Shown piece by piece: positions 8,698 through 18,915 of a stretch of 64,000 nt of DNA. Source of the stretch: an uncultured Acidimicrobiia bacterium (GTDB taxonomy: Bacteria; Actinomycetota; Acidimicrobiia; Acidimicrobiales; Ilumatobacteraceae); assembly GCA_963844915.1 (NCBI GenBank), contig CAWJQF010000008.1:107476-171475 (forward strand), in the 5' to 3' direction. Positions within the stretch are counted from its first letter, which is position 1. Every line of letters begins with the position of its first letter. A program made the translations under genes and the position numbers. Under the pieces are notes generated by a model. That model was not told where the DNA came from. It saw only the letters and a list, made by a program, of their open reading frames with translations, and did not search any database.

Positions 8698-9805
8698 ATG
8701 ACAGCCGTGGCCGGCGGATGTCTCGCACTGTTCGTCGCCGCCAGCGCCGCCGACGCCTCATCGGAGCCCCCACACATCGAGATCCAACCTGCAACGCTTG
8801 GAGCTCCCGGAAACGGCCGTCGGAAGTTCGTCGTCGGCAGTCGTGACGCTCGTGAACCTGGGCGGCGGAGCACCCGTCGTCGAGGAGGTCGACGTCGTCG
8901 GCGACGGCTTCACGGTCGAGGACGACGACTGCACGGATCGGGCAGTCGCCGAGTCCTGCACGGTCGAGGTGGGCTTCGAGCCGGAGCGATCGGGCGACTC
9001 CGTCGGCACGATCACGTTCCACGTCGCCACCACCACGATCAGCGGTGACCTCACGGCGTCCGCCGCGGCACCGCCGCCGACGATCCCTCCGGCGACGACG
9101 CCGCCGAGCGACGGCGCGTTGGACACGGTCCCACCGCCGGTCACCACACGAGACACCACGGAGCCGGACGCACCCGCCGAGACGGATCTGCAGCGTTGCG
9201 AACGGGAGGCCGGGGACGCCGAGGTCAGCTTCGTGCCGTCCGCCGACATGGTTGTCGGCCAGACGGAAGAGGTCGTCGTGCGCGCCTCCGTCGGCGAGCT
9301 CGAGATCAGCACGGGCACACTCGGCGGCCCGTCGACGACGATCGTCGAGGTCTCGCTGCACTGCGAGGTGCGCGCCGTGCTGCGCGGTGTCGACTTCGAG
9401 ATCGACCCGCCGGATCAGCAGGAGGCATCGTTCCTCGACGAGGCGACCATCGAGTGGATCTGGCAGGTGCGGCCGCTCAGGGCAGGCGCGCTCATCTTGC
9501 ACCTCGAGATCCTGCCGGTCGTGCGCACGGACGGGACGACCTTGCCGGGCTCGCCGCGGCGGTTCGAGACCAACATCCGCGTCGACGCCGAAGACCGGTC
9601 GGTGTTCGAGTCCACGACAGATTTCTTCTCGGCGCTGGTCGACTACCCGCTCGTCAAAGGGTTCGGCTCGCTGGCTGCGATTGCCGCGCTGGTGGCGGGA
9701 TGGTGGAGGTGGGGGCGGGGCCGGAAGTCGCAGGCGGCGCGACAGCGGCGTCGGGCGTCCGCATCAGCACGACGGCGGCGACGGCGACCGTCGCCAGTGC
9801 AATGA
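8698..9805 (+). CDS. secreted, C-terminally membrane-anchored protein with Ig-like (choice-of-anchor-D/ASH-like) domain; reading frame broken once near the 5' end
   Basis: Signal peptide MTAVAGGCLALFVAASAADA...PHIEIQPATL is in one frame (from ATG 8698). ELPETAVGSSSSAVVTLVNLGGG...CTVEVGFEPERSGDSVGTITF continues in the +1 frame (ORF 8798..9805). A Pro/Thr linker, a second domain, and the C-terminal helix [16 protein letters not shown] follow. Confidence 0.5.
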
Positions 9806-10984
9806 CACTGCCGTAGGCGACGCCCCACTCGGGGCTGATCCGGTCGCCGACAAGTCCCGTGATCGGCCCGCCGATCGGCGTCGAGCCGAGGAACGCCACG
9901 GCCGTCAGCGCCAGCATGCGCCCGCGCATGTGTCCGGGGATGGCCTGCTGGATGATGCCCGTGGCTCCGCTGATGAACGCCGCCCCGCCGATTCCCAACG
10001 GAATCGCCCACAGCAGGGCGAGCTCGAGGTTCGGAGCCCACGCCAGGAAGAGGCCGGATACGGCCATCAGCACCGTGTTCCCGAGATACCAGCGGATCGA
10101 GACCCAGCCGAGCCGCGCGGTGAGCAGGGAGCCGATCACCGCACCGACGCTCGACACCGACAGCACGAGCCCGAACCACCCCGCGCCGCCCCACCGGACG
10201 TCGGCCAGCTTGGGCAAGGCGACCTGGCTGTTGAAGGCGAACGTGGACACGATCGCCATCACCACGATGACGACGAGGAGCCGGCGGCGGTGGGCGACAT
10301 ACGCCAGCGCCTCGCGCACCGGTCGGCCACCCTTCGGCGCACGTGGTGACGGGTGCATCTCGTCGCGCCGGATCGTGCACAGCGAGAAGAGGACCGCGGC
10401 GAACGACACGCCATTGAGGAGGAAGCACCACGCAGTTCCCACGGTGCCAACCAACAGGGCACCGAGGGCCGGCCCGAAGATGCGCGACCCGGTCATGACG
10501 GCGGTGTTCAGTGACGTCGCGTTCGGGATCTCGTGCGTCTCGACGAGCTCGGTGACGAGGCCTCGACGGGCCGGGTTGTCGAAGGCGTTGAGGACTCCGA
10601 GCACGAGCGTCAGCGACCACACGACCGGTACCGACGCCAGACCGGCAAGGTCGACCAAGCCCAGCACGATGGCCTGCACGGCGAGCCCGGCCTGCGTGAT
10701 GATGGACAGCGTGAGCTTGTCGCGCCGGTCGGCGACAGCGCCGGCCCAGGCCCCGAGCACCAGCATGGGGAGCCACTGCAGGGCCAGCGTGATCCCGAGG
10801 TCGGTGGCCTTCCCCGTCAGCTTGTAGACGAGCAGCGCCATCGCGGTCAGCTGGAGCCACGTCCCGATCGTCGAGACGAGGACTCCCGCGAAGAACCGCC
10901 TCGCGTTGCGATGGCGGAGGCTGCGGAAGGGTTTGCCGTGGGCGGTGCGCCCGGTGGGGCCGGTGGGGGGTTCGGCGAGGTCCG

Positions 10985-10988
<4 letters not shown>
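9654..10988 (-). CDS. MFS transporter (EntS/MFS_3-like)
   Basis: 12-TM-like profile: [43 protein letters not shown]. The start was moved to GTG at 10988, which overlaps the lepA stop (ATGTGA). The ORF-track start at 11114 lies inside lepA. Confidence 0.72.
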
Positions 10989-12763
<1,775 letters not shown>

Positions 12764-12841
12764 GCGCTCCCAGCGACGGTACCCTTGCCCGGCTGATTTG
12801 AGCAGCCCAACCCATTCCGATTCTTTGAGGACCGTCGACCC

Positions 12842-13099
12842 GTGGCGAACATCAAGAGCCAGCAGAAACGCAACATCACGAACGCCAAGCGGGCGTCCCG
12901 CAACAAGGCCGCCAAGAGCGAGTTGAAGACACGGATCAAGTCGGCCGCCGGCTCGGTCGGCACGGATCAGAACACCGAGGACGTGCGCCTCGCCGTCAAG
13001 CGCCTCGACATGGCCGCCGCCAAGGGGATCATCCATCCCAACCAGGCCGCCCGCCGCAAGAGCCGCCTGATGAAGTACATCAACGCCGGCAACGCCTGA
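12842..13099 (+). CDS. rpsT: 30S ribosomal protein S20
   Basis: [30 protein letters not shown]... is a classic S20 N-terminus. 85 aa with a GTG start. Confidence 0.93.
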   Translation: MANIKSQQKRNITNAKRASRNKAAKSELKTRIKSAAGSVGTDQNTEDVRLAVKRLDMAAAKGIIHPNQAARRKSRLMKYINAGNA

Positions 13100-13118
13100 G
13101 CCGGTCGCGCCGCCGCCC

Positions 13119-13192
13119 ATCTGGGCGCGGAGGTTCTCAAACGACGAACCGGGCGCGGAGATTCTCGAATTCGAGAACGTGCGCGCCCAGAT
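13119..13192. terminator. nested inverted/direct repeat structure between convergent rpsT and holA (probable bidirectional terminator)
   Basis: ATCTGGGCGCG (13119..13129) pairs with CGCGCCCAGAT (13182..13192). There is an inner perfect 16-bp palindrome TTCTCGAATTCGAGAA. GGGCGCGGAG(G/A)TTCTC occurs twice as a direct repeat. No U-tract follows. Confidence 0.5.
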
Positions 13193-14158
13193 CTAGCGAC
13201 GTAGGCGCGACAGGCGGGCGACGAGCACCTCCATGACGAGGTCGTCGGGCAGTTCGCGGGCACCGCGCAGGTCGAGATCCGCGGCGGCCAGCAGTTCGAT
13301 GGCCCGTTGCACGCCGCTTCCACCCAACCGCTGGTACTGCTGGAGCGCCTTGCGGGCCGGATAGCCCGGCTTGATGCCCAGCACCGCTGCGGCCGCTGCC
13401 TCGGAGCCGGCGTCGGCGCCGTCCAGCCGGGCCAGCTTCGTGTAGTGCCCGTGGAGGATCGCCATCACCTGCAGTGGATGTCGGCCGCCGGCCCCCATCA
13501 TGCGACCGAGCAAACCGAGCGCATCGGACGTGCGCCCGGCGTCGATGGCGTCGGTCAGGTCCCACGGAGGGACGCCGCCACCCTCACCGAGGAACGGCTC
13601 GACCTCATCGGGCCCGAGCGGGCGTGCGGCGGATCCGTACGTCGCCACGAGCGTGGCGACGACGCCGTCGAGGCGGCCCATGTCCTCCCCGAGCCGCTCG
13701 CCGATCAGCTCGATGGCCCCCGCGTTCAACCGGATCCCCTCGACCTCGGCCCGTTCGGCGATCCACGCCTGCCGCTCCCGAGCGCGCGTGGGCGCCGTGG
13801 TGCTCGTCACGGTCCCGCCGGTCGACTTGACGGCGTCGGTGAGGGCTTTGGCGACGCGACCGCCGCCGCTCACGAGCACCAGCTCGGTCGTGGGGAGCAG
13901 ATCCGTCACGACGGAGACCAGCGGCGCCACCTGATCCGTCGTGAAGCGGCCCACGTCACGGGCGACGACGACGCGCCGTGCGGTGAGGAACGGCGGGGTC
14001 TGCGCCGCATCGACGACAGCGGCCAGCTCGTAGTCGTCGGCGTCGAACTCGACGACAGCGAGCGCCCGATCCTCGTCGCCGACGAGCTGATGGACGACAT
14101 CGCTCGCTGCGACGCGAACGAGAGATTCGTCGTCGCCGGTCAGCAGGTGGGCGGGCAT
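13193..14158 (-). CDS. holA: DNA polymerase III subunit delta
   Basis: MPAHLLTGDDESLV... with delta-subunit architecture and length (about 321 aa). It is positioned between comEC and rpsT, as in many bacteria. An alternative ATG is at 14191. Confidence 0.8.
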   Translation of the reverse strand: MPAHLLTGDDESLVRVAASDVVHQLVGDEDRALAVVEFDADDYELAAVVDAAQTPPFLTARRVVVARDVGRFTTDQVAPLVSVVTDLLPTTELVLVSGGGRVAKALTDAVKSTGGTVTSTTAPTRARERQAWIAERAEVEGIRLNAGAIELIGERLGEDMGRLDGVVATLVATYGSAARPLGPDEVEPFLGEGGGVPPWDLTDAIDAGRTSDALGLLGRMMGAGGRHPLQVMAILHGHYTKLARLDGADAGSEAAAAAVLGIKPGYPARKALQQYQRLGGSGVQRAIELLAAADLDLRGARELPDDLVMEVLVARLSRLRR

Positions 14159-14228
14159 CGGGCGGTCATCATCGCACTGGTGGTGCGACATCGCCGAGCA
14201 AGGAGCCGTCGGGGCTCAGTCGCAGCGG

Positions 14229-14948
14229 TCAATCGGATTGGCTGACGTAGGCGTGCAATCTCCCGTTGGGGGCAACCGCTGTTGACAGCCCTTCGCGGCG
14301 GGCCGTTCGAACAGAATCCGAGACCGTCAGCGCCACACCGCTGCACGTGATCACCCAGGCCGCAGCAGTCTCCGCGCCGACGAACACGGCGACCGGCAGC
14401 GTCAAGAGCAGCGTCAAGCTCACCGCCGCGGCGAGGGCGTTGACGCCAGCCCAAAGGTAGGTCAGCCGGCGGAACAGCCGCTCCACCTCCGGCCGGCTCG
14501 CGACGTCCGAGCTGAGGTGGCAGAAGTCGGCGGCAAACCGTGCGATGAGCGGCCGGCCGACGATGACCGACATGGCGAAGAAGGCCCCGGTGGCGACCGT
14601 GCGCAGGATCGGCTGGACGAAGTAGACGAAGCTGTTGCTGCTGAGCAGGTAGACCCCGGTGCGCAGGGAGATCCCCAACGTCGCCAACATGAGCAACGCA
14701 GGGACCGAGCGGCCGGTGATGACCCGCCTCCCCACTGCGGCGTACGTCCAACCCACCGCCGCAAGGATCGCCCACACGAGTCCGAAGGTGATGAAGAACA
14801 CGTAGAACAAGGCCGTCGGGATGAGCGTCGCCTCAACGACGTACGGCACCATCCGACGGGTCACCGCCTTGACCACCGACACCTTGGAGGGACTCATCCG
14901 CCACGCCACGTCCACGGTTTCGGGAACTTCGATCGTGGTCGCTGACAT
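14229..14948 (-). CDS. integral membrane protein, family unassigned
   Basis: Five or six hydrophobic helices (LIPTALFYVFFITFGLVWAILAAVGW, ALLMLATLGISL, ...). ATG at 14948 has GGGAG 6 nt upstream. I do not recognise the family. Confidence 0.5.
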   Translation of the reverse strand: MSATTIEVPETVDVAWRMSPSKVSVVKAVTRRMVPYVVEATLIPTALFYVFFITFGLVWAILAAVGWTYAAVGRRVITGRSVPALLMLATLGISLRTGVYLLSSNSFVYFVQPILRTVATGAFFAMSVIVGRPLIARFAADFCHLSSDVASRPEVERLFRRLTYLWAGVNALAAAVSLTLLLTLPVAVFVGAETAAAWVITCSGVALTVSDSVRTARREGLSTAVAPNGRLHAYVSQSD

Positions 14949-15185
14949 TGGACGCTCCCGACTGGCCATCGGTGGGGCTTCGGTGACGCCACCAGAGGTC
15001 CGGAGCAACGCATCCCCGACCTGCTGCGAGCAGGCCCGACACGTTCGGGACATTCATCGTGTCACCCCGGAGCCTACTCCGGGCGCCCGGGACTCGACGC
15101 TCACACACGGCGCGCTGGGTCCGCCCGTTCCTCACCGGTGCGGGATGCCGGCATCGACCGTGCCATCGCTGGGCGCGGACCTGCA

Positions 15186-15216
15186 ACGGCACGGCTCGCG
15201 ACGTGAGCCGTGCCGT
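15186..15216 (-). terminator. hairpin downstream of hsp20
   Basis: 12-bp perfect stem ACGGCACGGCTC / GAGCCGTGCCGT with a 7-nt loop, 19 nt after the hsp20 stop. Confidence 0.5.
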
Positions 15217-15234
15217 CGAATTGGAGTCGGTTAC

Positions 15235-15672
15235 CTACCCGGCGACGGAGCCTGCCGTCACGGCCTCGACCACATCTGTTGCGTTCGTGATCTCGACCTT
15301 GCGGGGCTTTGCCTCCTCGGCGACGGGGATGGTCAGCATGAGCACGCCGTGTTCGTAGGTTGCAGTGATGTGGTCACGGTCGAGGCCCTCTCCGAGGAAC
15401 AACTGGCGGCTGAAGTCGCCCTGGGCCCGTTCCGCGATCTGGACCTGATCGCCCTCAGCCCGCACCCAGCCGCGCGTCGCCCGCACGCTGAGCAGATCCT
15501 TCTCCACGGTCAGCTCGATGAAGCGGGCATCCACCCCCGGGAGATCGAAAAGGACCGTGAACTCATTGTTCCGGCGGTACGCATCGACAGGGATCTGGCG
15601 CGATCGGCGTTCGCTGAGCATCGCCTCGGTGATCCGGTCGAACTCCCGGAACGGCTCAGATCGCATCAGCAT
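15235..15672 (-). CDS. Hsp20/alpha-crystallin family small heat-shock protein
   Basis: MLMRSEPFREFDRI..., VDAYRRNNEFTVLFDLPGV, ATYEHGVLMLTIPV: an alpha-crystallin domain. ATG at 15672. Confidence 0.88.
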   Translation of the reverse strand: MLMRSEPFREFDRITEAMLSERRSRQIPVDAYRRNNEFTVLFDLPGVDARFIELTVEKDLLSVRATRGWVRAEGDQVQIAERAQGDFSRQLFLGEGLDRDHITATYEHGVLMLTIPVAEEAKPRKVEITNATDVVEAVTAGSVAG

Positions 15673-15772
15673 GGCAAACCTCTCGATCGCCCTCGAGCAG
15701 ACGGCGATCGGCGATCGGCGAGCTCTGGGCTCAACCCCATCGTACGGCGAGTTCCGCCAAACCGGTAATCTG

Positions 15773-15782
15773 TTTCTAGAAA
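15773..15782. promoter_or_regulatory. perfect palindrome TTTCTAGAAA in the hsp20 / wHTH divergent intergenic region (candidate operator)
   Basis: Read directly. It sits in the AT-rich stretch 9 nt upstream of a TAGACT -10-like hexamer (15791..15796), which lies 8 nt before the ATG at 15805. Confidence 0.45.
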
Positions 15783-15804
15783 ACATTAGCTAGACTATGC
15801 ACCC

Positions 15805-16113
15805 ATGGCGACGTGGAGTTTCCTCACCAACCATGCTCGGGCTCTCGTGTGCATCGCTCACGATCCCGGGGTCCGCCTACGCGACATCGCCGCAGCGCTG
15901 GGTATCACCGAGCGCAGCGCCTACAGCATCGTCACCGACCTGACCGACGGCGGCTACGTGGAGAAGGACAAGGACGGCCGGCGCAACCGCTACCGGATCC
16001 AGCCTCACCGACCGCTGCGAGAGGCCATCATCCAGGAACGCACGATCGGCGAGGTGCTCGACGTCCTCGTCGAGTCGAAGACGCGCCGGCGAGGACGAAG
16101 CGAGTCCGGGTGA
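15805..16113 (+). CDS. small winged-helix (MarR/ArsR-like) DNA-binding protein
   Basis: 102 aa. LRDIAAALGITERSAYSIVTDLTDGGYVEKDKDGRRNRY is an HTH plus wing. It is divergent from hsp20. Confidence 0.72.
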   Translation: MATWSFLTNHARALVCIAHDPGVRLRDIAAALGITERSAYSIVTDLTDGGYVEKDKDGRRNRYRIQPHRPLREAIIQERTIGEVLDVLVESKTRRRGRSESG

Positions 16114-16154
16114 TTCGAGGCCCGCTCCTTACTCCTCGGATCGGGGCTGGACCA

Positions 16155-16466
16155 TCAGGTGGCTCTCTTGTAGGCAACCAGTTGCTCGATTCGTTGGATG
16201 TGGCCGGCGCTCCGGTGGAAGCGACGGCCGATCTCGGCGTAATCGGCGCCGCCCGCTCGCCATTTCAGGACCCGGCGCTCGACCGGCCGCAGTTCGCCCG
16301 ACGCCCGGTTGACAACCGTGCGTGGCAGGCGCGTGTAAGCAACCACCCGCCTGACGAACTCCGGTCGGCGCCGAAACCGGCGGGCGATCTCGCTGTCATC
16401 GACGCCGTCCTCGAGAAGGCGCAGCACGCAACGCTCGAGCGGCCTCAGTGATCCGTGATCGGACAT
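16155..16466 (-). CDS. 103-aa protein made of two tandem LuxR/sigma-70-region-4-like HTH units
   Basis: Internal duplication: LRPLERCVLRLLEDGVDDSEIARRFRRRPEFVRRV and LRPVERRVLKWRAGGADYAEIGRRFHRSAGHIQRI. GAGGAG lies 6-7 nt before the ATG at 16466. Confidence 0.6.
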   Translation of the reverse strand: MSDHGSLRPLERCVLRLLEDGVDDSEIARRFRRRPEFVRRVVAYTRLPRTVVNRASGELRPVERRVLKWRAGGADYAEIGRRFHRSAGHIQRIEQLVAYKRAT

Positions 16467-16506
16467 CGTCGAGTCTCCTCTTGGTCGCGGCAGCAGTGTA
16501 GCTCGA

Positions 16507-16520
16507 TATTTCTAGAAATA
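16507..16520. promoter_or_regulatory. perfect 14-bp palindrome TATTTCTAGAAATA (candidate operator, same core as 15773..15782)
   Basis: Read directly. It lies in the AT-rich divergent region between 16466 (-) and 16628 (+). Confidence 0.45.
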
Positions 16521-16627
16521 GATTGCTCGTTTCATCCCAAACAGGCGTACGATGGATGTCGATCCGCCGAGGGGCTCGGCCGTCGGCCAAACGCCGCGAC
16601 CACCGTCCACTCCAAGAAAGAGGCGCC

Positions 16628-16900
16628 ATGCCTGACGAGGAACCGCAAGGCCGCCGTGGAGAGCGAGCTGTCACTGGACAAGGGCCTCTCCACGATGGCG
16701 AGCGACGGGGACAGCCGATGCCTTCGGTGATCCCGGCTGAACCAGAGCAGCCATCGACGGCGGTGCCGGAACGGCGGTGCTGGCGTTGCCTCCAGATGTT
16801 CCCCGGTGATTCGACTCGAGAGCCGACGCCCACGGCTGACTGGTGGCTGTGCAACCCATGCGACCACGTCTTGCTCGGCGCAGAGCTTCGGGTGGCGTGA
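16628..16900 (+). CDS. small CxxC...CxxC zinc-ribbon-like protein, unknown function
   Basis: ATG at 16628 is preceded by GAAAGAGG. The N-terminus is disordered and the C-terminus reads RRCWRCLQMF...WWLCNPCDHV. There is no family I can name. Confidence 0.42.
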   Translation: MPDEEPQGRRGERAVTGQGPLHDGERRGQPMPSVIPAEPEQPSTAVPERRCWRCLQMFPGDSTREPTPTADWWLCNPCDHVLLGAELRVA

Positions 16901-16966
16901 TGCCGAAGTGCCACTGGAATGCTCTGCGACGGGGCGACCGCGACGCAGCGAGGTAGCGAGGTAGCG

Positions 16967-17392
16967 ATGATTGCAGTCCTGTCAACACCCCAGTCGATGA
17001 CTGCCGAGCAGTACGACCGGCTCGTCGAACAATTCGAGGACGCGCGAGCCAGCCCTGCGCCCGGCCATCGACTCCACGTCTGCTTCGGTCACGGTGATCA
17101 CCTGATGGTCTTCGACGTCTGGGACAGCGTGGAGGAGCTCGAAGCCTTCGCGGCAACCGTCGCTCCGATTCTCGCCAACCAACAGTTCGTGATTGCTCCG
17201 CCTCAGCCTCTCGAGGTCCATCGCTTCGTCGACGATGGCGACTCGGACTTGCGGACAACGATCACTGAGCTTCGCCAGCGGGCGTTCTTCATCCGCCCCG
17301 TCGACAAGCCTCGCAAGACGATTCTCAACATCAAGGCGACACCGCACGAGGCCGAGGAGCGAGACGCCGGGATGACCGCCAGTCAGCGCTGA
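16967..17392 (+). CDS. small alpha+beta (ABM/Dabb-like) protein, unknown function
   Basis: MIAVLSTPQSMTAEQYDRLVEQFE...HLMVFDVWDSVEELEAFAATVAPIL. Third-position GC is high along the whole ORF, and GAGG lies 8 nt before the ATG. Confidence 0.55.
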   Translation: MIAVLSTPQSMTAEQYDRLVEQFEDARASPAPGHRLHVCFGHGDHLMVFDVWDSVEELEAFAATVAPILANQQFVIAPPQPLEVHRFVDDGDSDLRTTITELRQRAFFIRPVDKPRKTILNIKATPHEAEERDAGMTASQR

Positions 17393-18823
17393 ACGCACCC
17401 GCGGCGGCGACTCCTCCATGCCAGCAGGACGATGACGCCGACGAAGCGCCATCCAGCCGAGCCACGACCAGGGCGGCCCAGGCTCGACGGCCGCGCCGAC
17501 CGTTGCGACTGCATCGATCCAGCGGACGCCGATGGCGACGGGTGCCATCACGACCGGTGCGACGACGGGAACCACCCCGGCAACGAGGCAGGCGGGCAGG
17601 CCGTACAGCATCACCAGGCCGGCCACCGGAACGGCGACCAGGTTGGCCACCGTCCCGACCAACGAGAGCCGGCCGAACACGAGCAGGCTCGGCACGGCGA
17701 CGCCGAGCTGGGCGCCGACGGTGACGGCGACCGGCAGCGCCAGTGGACCGAGGACGCGAAGGCGCGGCGCCAGCCACGTTCCGACGGCCGTGACGCCGGC
17801 CGTCGCGCCCACCGAGAGCCAGAAGCCGACCGACCAGGCCAACAGTGGGTCGAGCAAGAGCAACCCGATGACAGCGAGTGCGAGCAGCCGCAGGGGCTCA
17901 CGCTGTCGCCCGAGCAAGAACGCCGTGGCACTCAGGGCAGCCATCGTTCCGGCCCGCAGCACCGAGGGCTCAGCGCGGGTGAGCAGGACGAACCAACCGA
18001 TCAAACCCAGCGTCAGCACCCACCGAGTCAGCGGGCGGGACCGCCGCAACAGCGGACCAGCTGCGGCGATCACGAACGCGACGTTCTGACCCGACACCGC
18101 GGTGAGGTGGGCGAGGCCGCTGGCGCGGAACCGTTCGACCATCGCCGGCGGTTGGTCCTGGTCATCACCCACGACGAGGCCGCGCGCCAACGCCGCATCG
18201 TCCGGCGCGAGCACGCCCGCACCCTGTTCGATCAACGCGCGCACGCGGTTCGACGCCTCGGCCAGGCGGCTGCCGGTACGAGCATCACCGAGCCAGTCGG
18301 CGTCGAACTCACCGACGACGTGCTGCCAGGCCACCCGCCGCGCCCGCTCCTCGTCGAGCGCGACGAGGCGACCGGAAACAACGACACGGTCGCCGCCACG
18401 CCATCCGGCCACCCGAGAGCTGGCCGCGCGTCCGCGCGCCCAGAGCTCGAAGCGCTCACCGTCGACGTCGAGCACGACTCGCAGCGTCTGGTCGTAGCGC
18501 TGCGGTTCACCGACCACCTCCGCCCAGCCCTCGAACGGTCCAAGTCGGTCCGGCGTCAGCGATCCCCACGCTGCATCCGCACGCACGATCGTGACAGCTG
18601 CCAACGCCACGAGCACCAGCCCCAACGCTGGACGCCGCGACAGCGTGGCGACAGCGGCCGCGCCGACGACGAGCCCAGGATGCCGAGTCGCCGCCGCTGA
18701 CGCGACGATGAGCGCTGCAACCACGACCCACGCCGTGTCCAGGTGCGGCGTGCGGCCATCCCTAGGATGCCGCAGGCGCGGCACCCTCAGCCCGTAGCCT
18801 GCGCCCATCGCCGTTTCAACCAT
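17383..18823 (-). CDS. comEC: ComEC/Rec2 competence-domain membrane protein; 3' end as corrected for an apparent frame break
   Basis: Competence-domain motifs are present (FRASGLAHLTAVSGQNVAF, many TM helices). After about 17445..17461 the track frame becomes the antisense of the 16967..17392 gene and has poor GC3. The neighbouring frame gives WRFVGVIVLLAWRSRRRGCVQR* and stops at 17385..17383. The exact start is uncertain. Confidence 0.72.
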
Positions 18824-18915
18824 GAGCCGCTACACGTACGAAGGGCCGCGCTGGTACCGGACGCGGATCCGCGCGAGGGCCGTTCGTCGCTCTCATCCCC
18901 CCGCTCATCGTCGGG

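Noticed and set aside
9045-10349. 434-aa Arg-rich plus-strand ORF
   Set aside because: It is antisense and out of frame relative to the surface-protein and MFS genes. Its extreme Arg/Pro/Ser composition is typical of wrong-frame translation at high GC.
16982-17440. C-terminal about 150 aa of the ORF-track ComEC
   Set aside because: It is antisense to a gene with strong codon bias, and its own GC3 is poor. An adjacent frame gives a short hydrophobic ending and an early stop (see finding).
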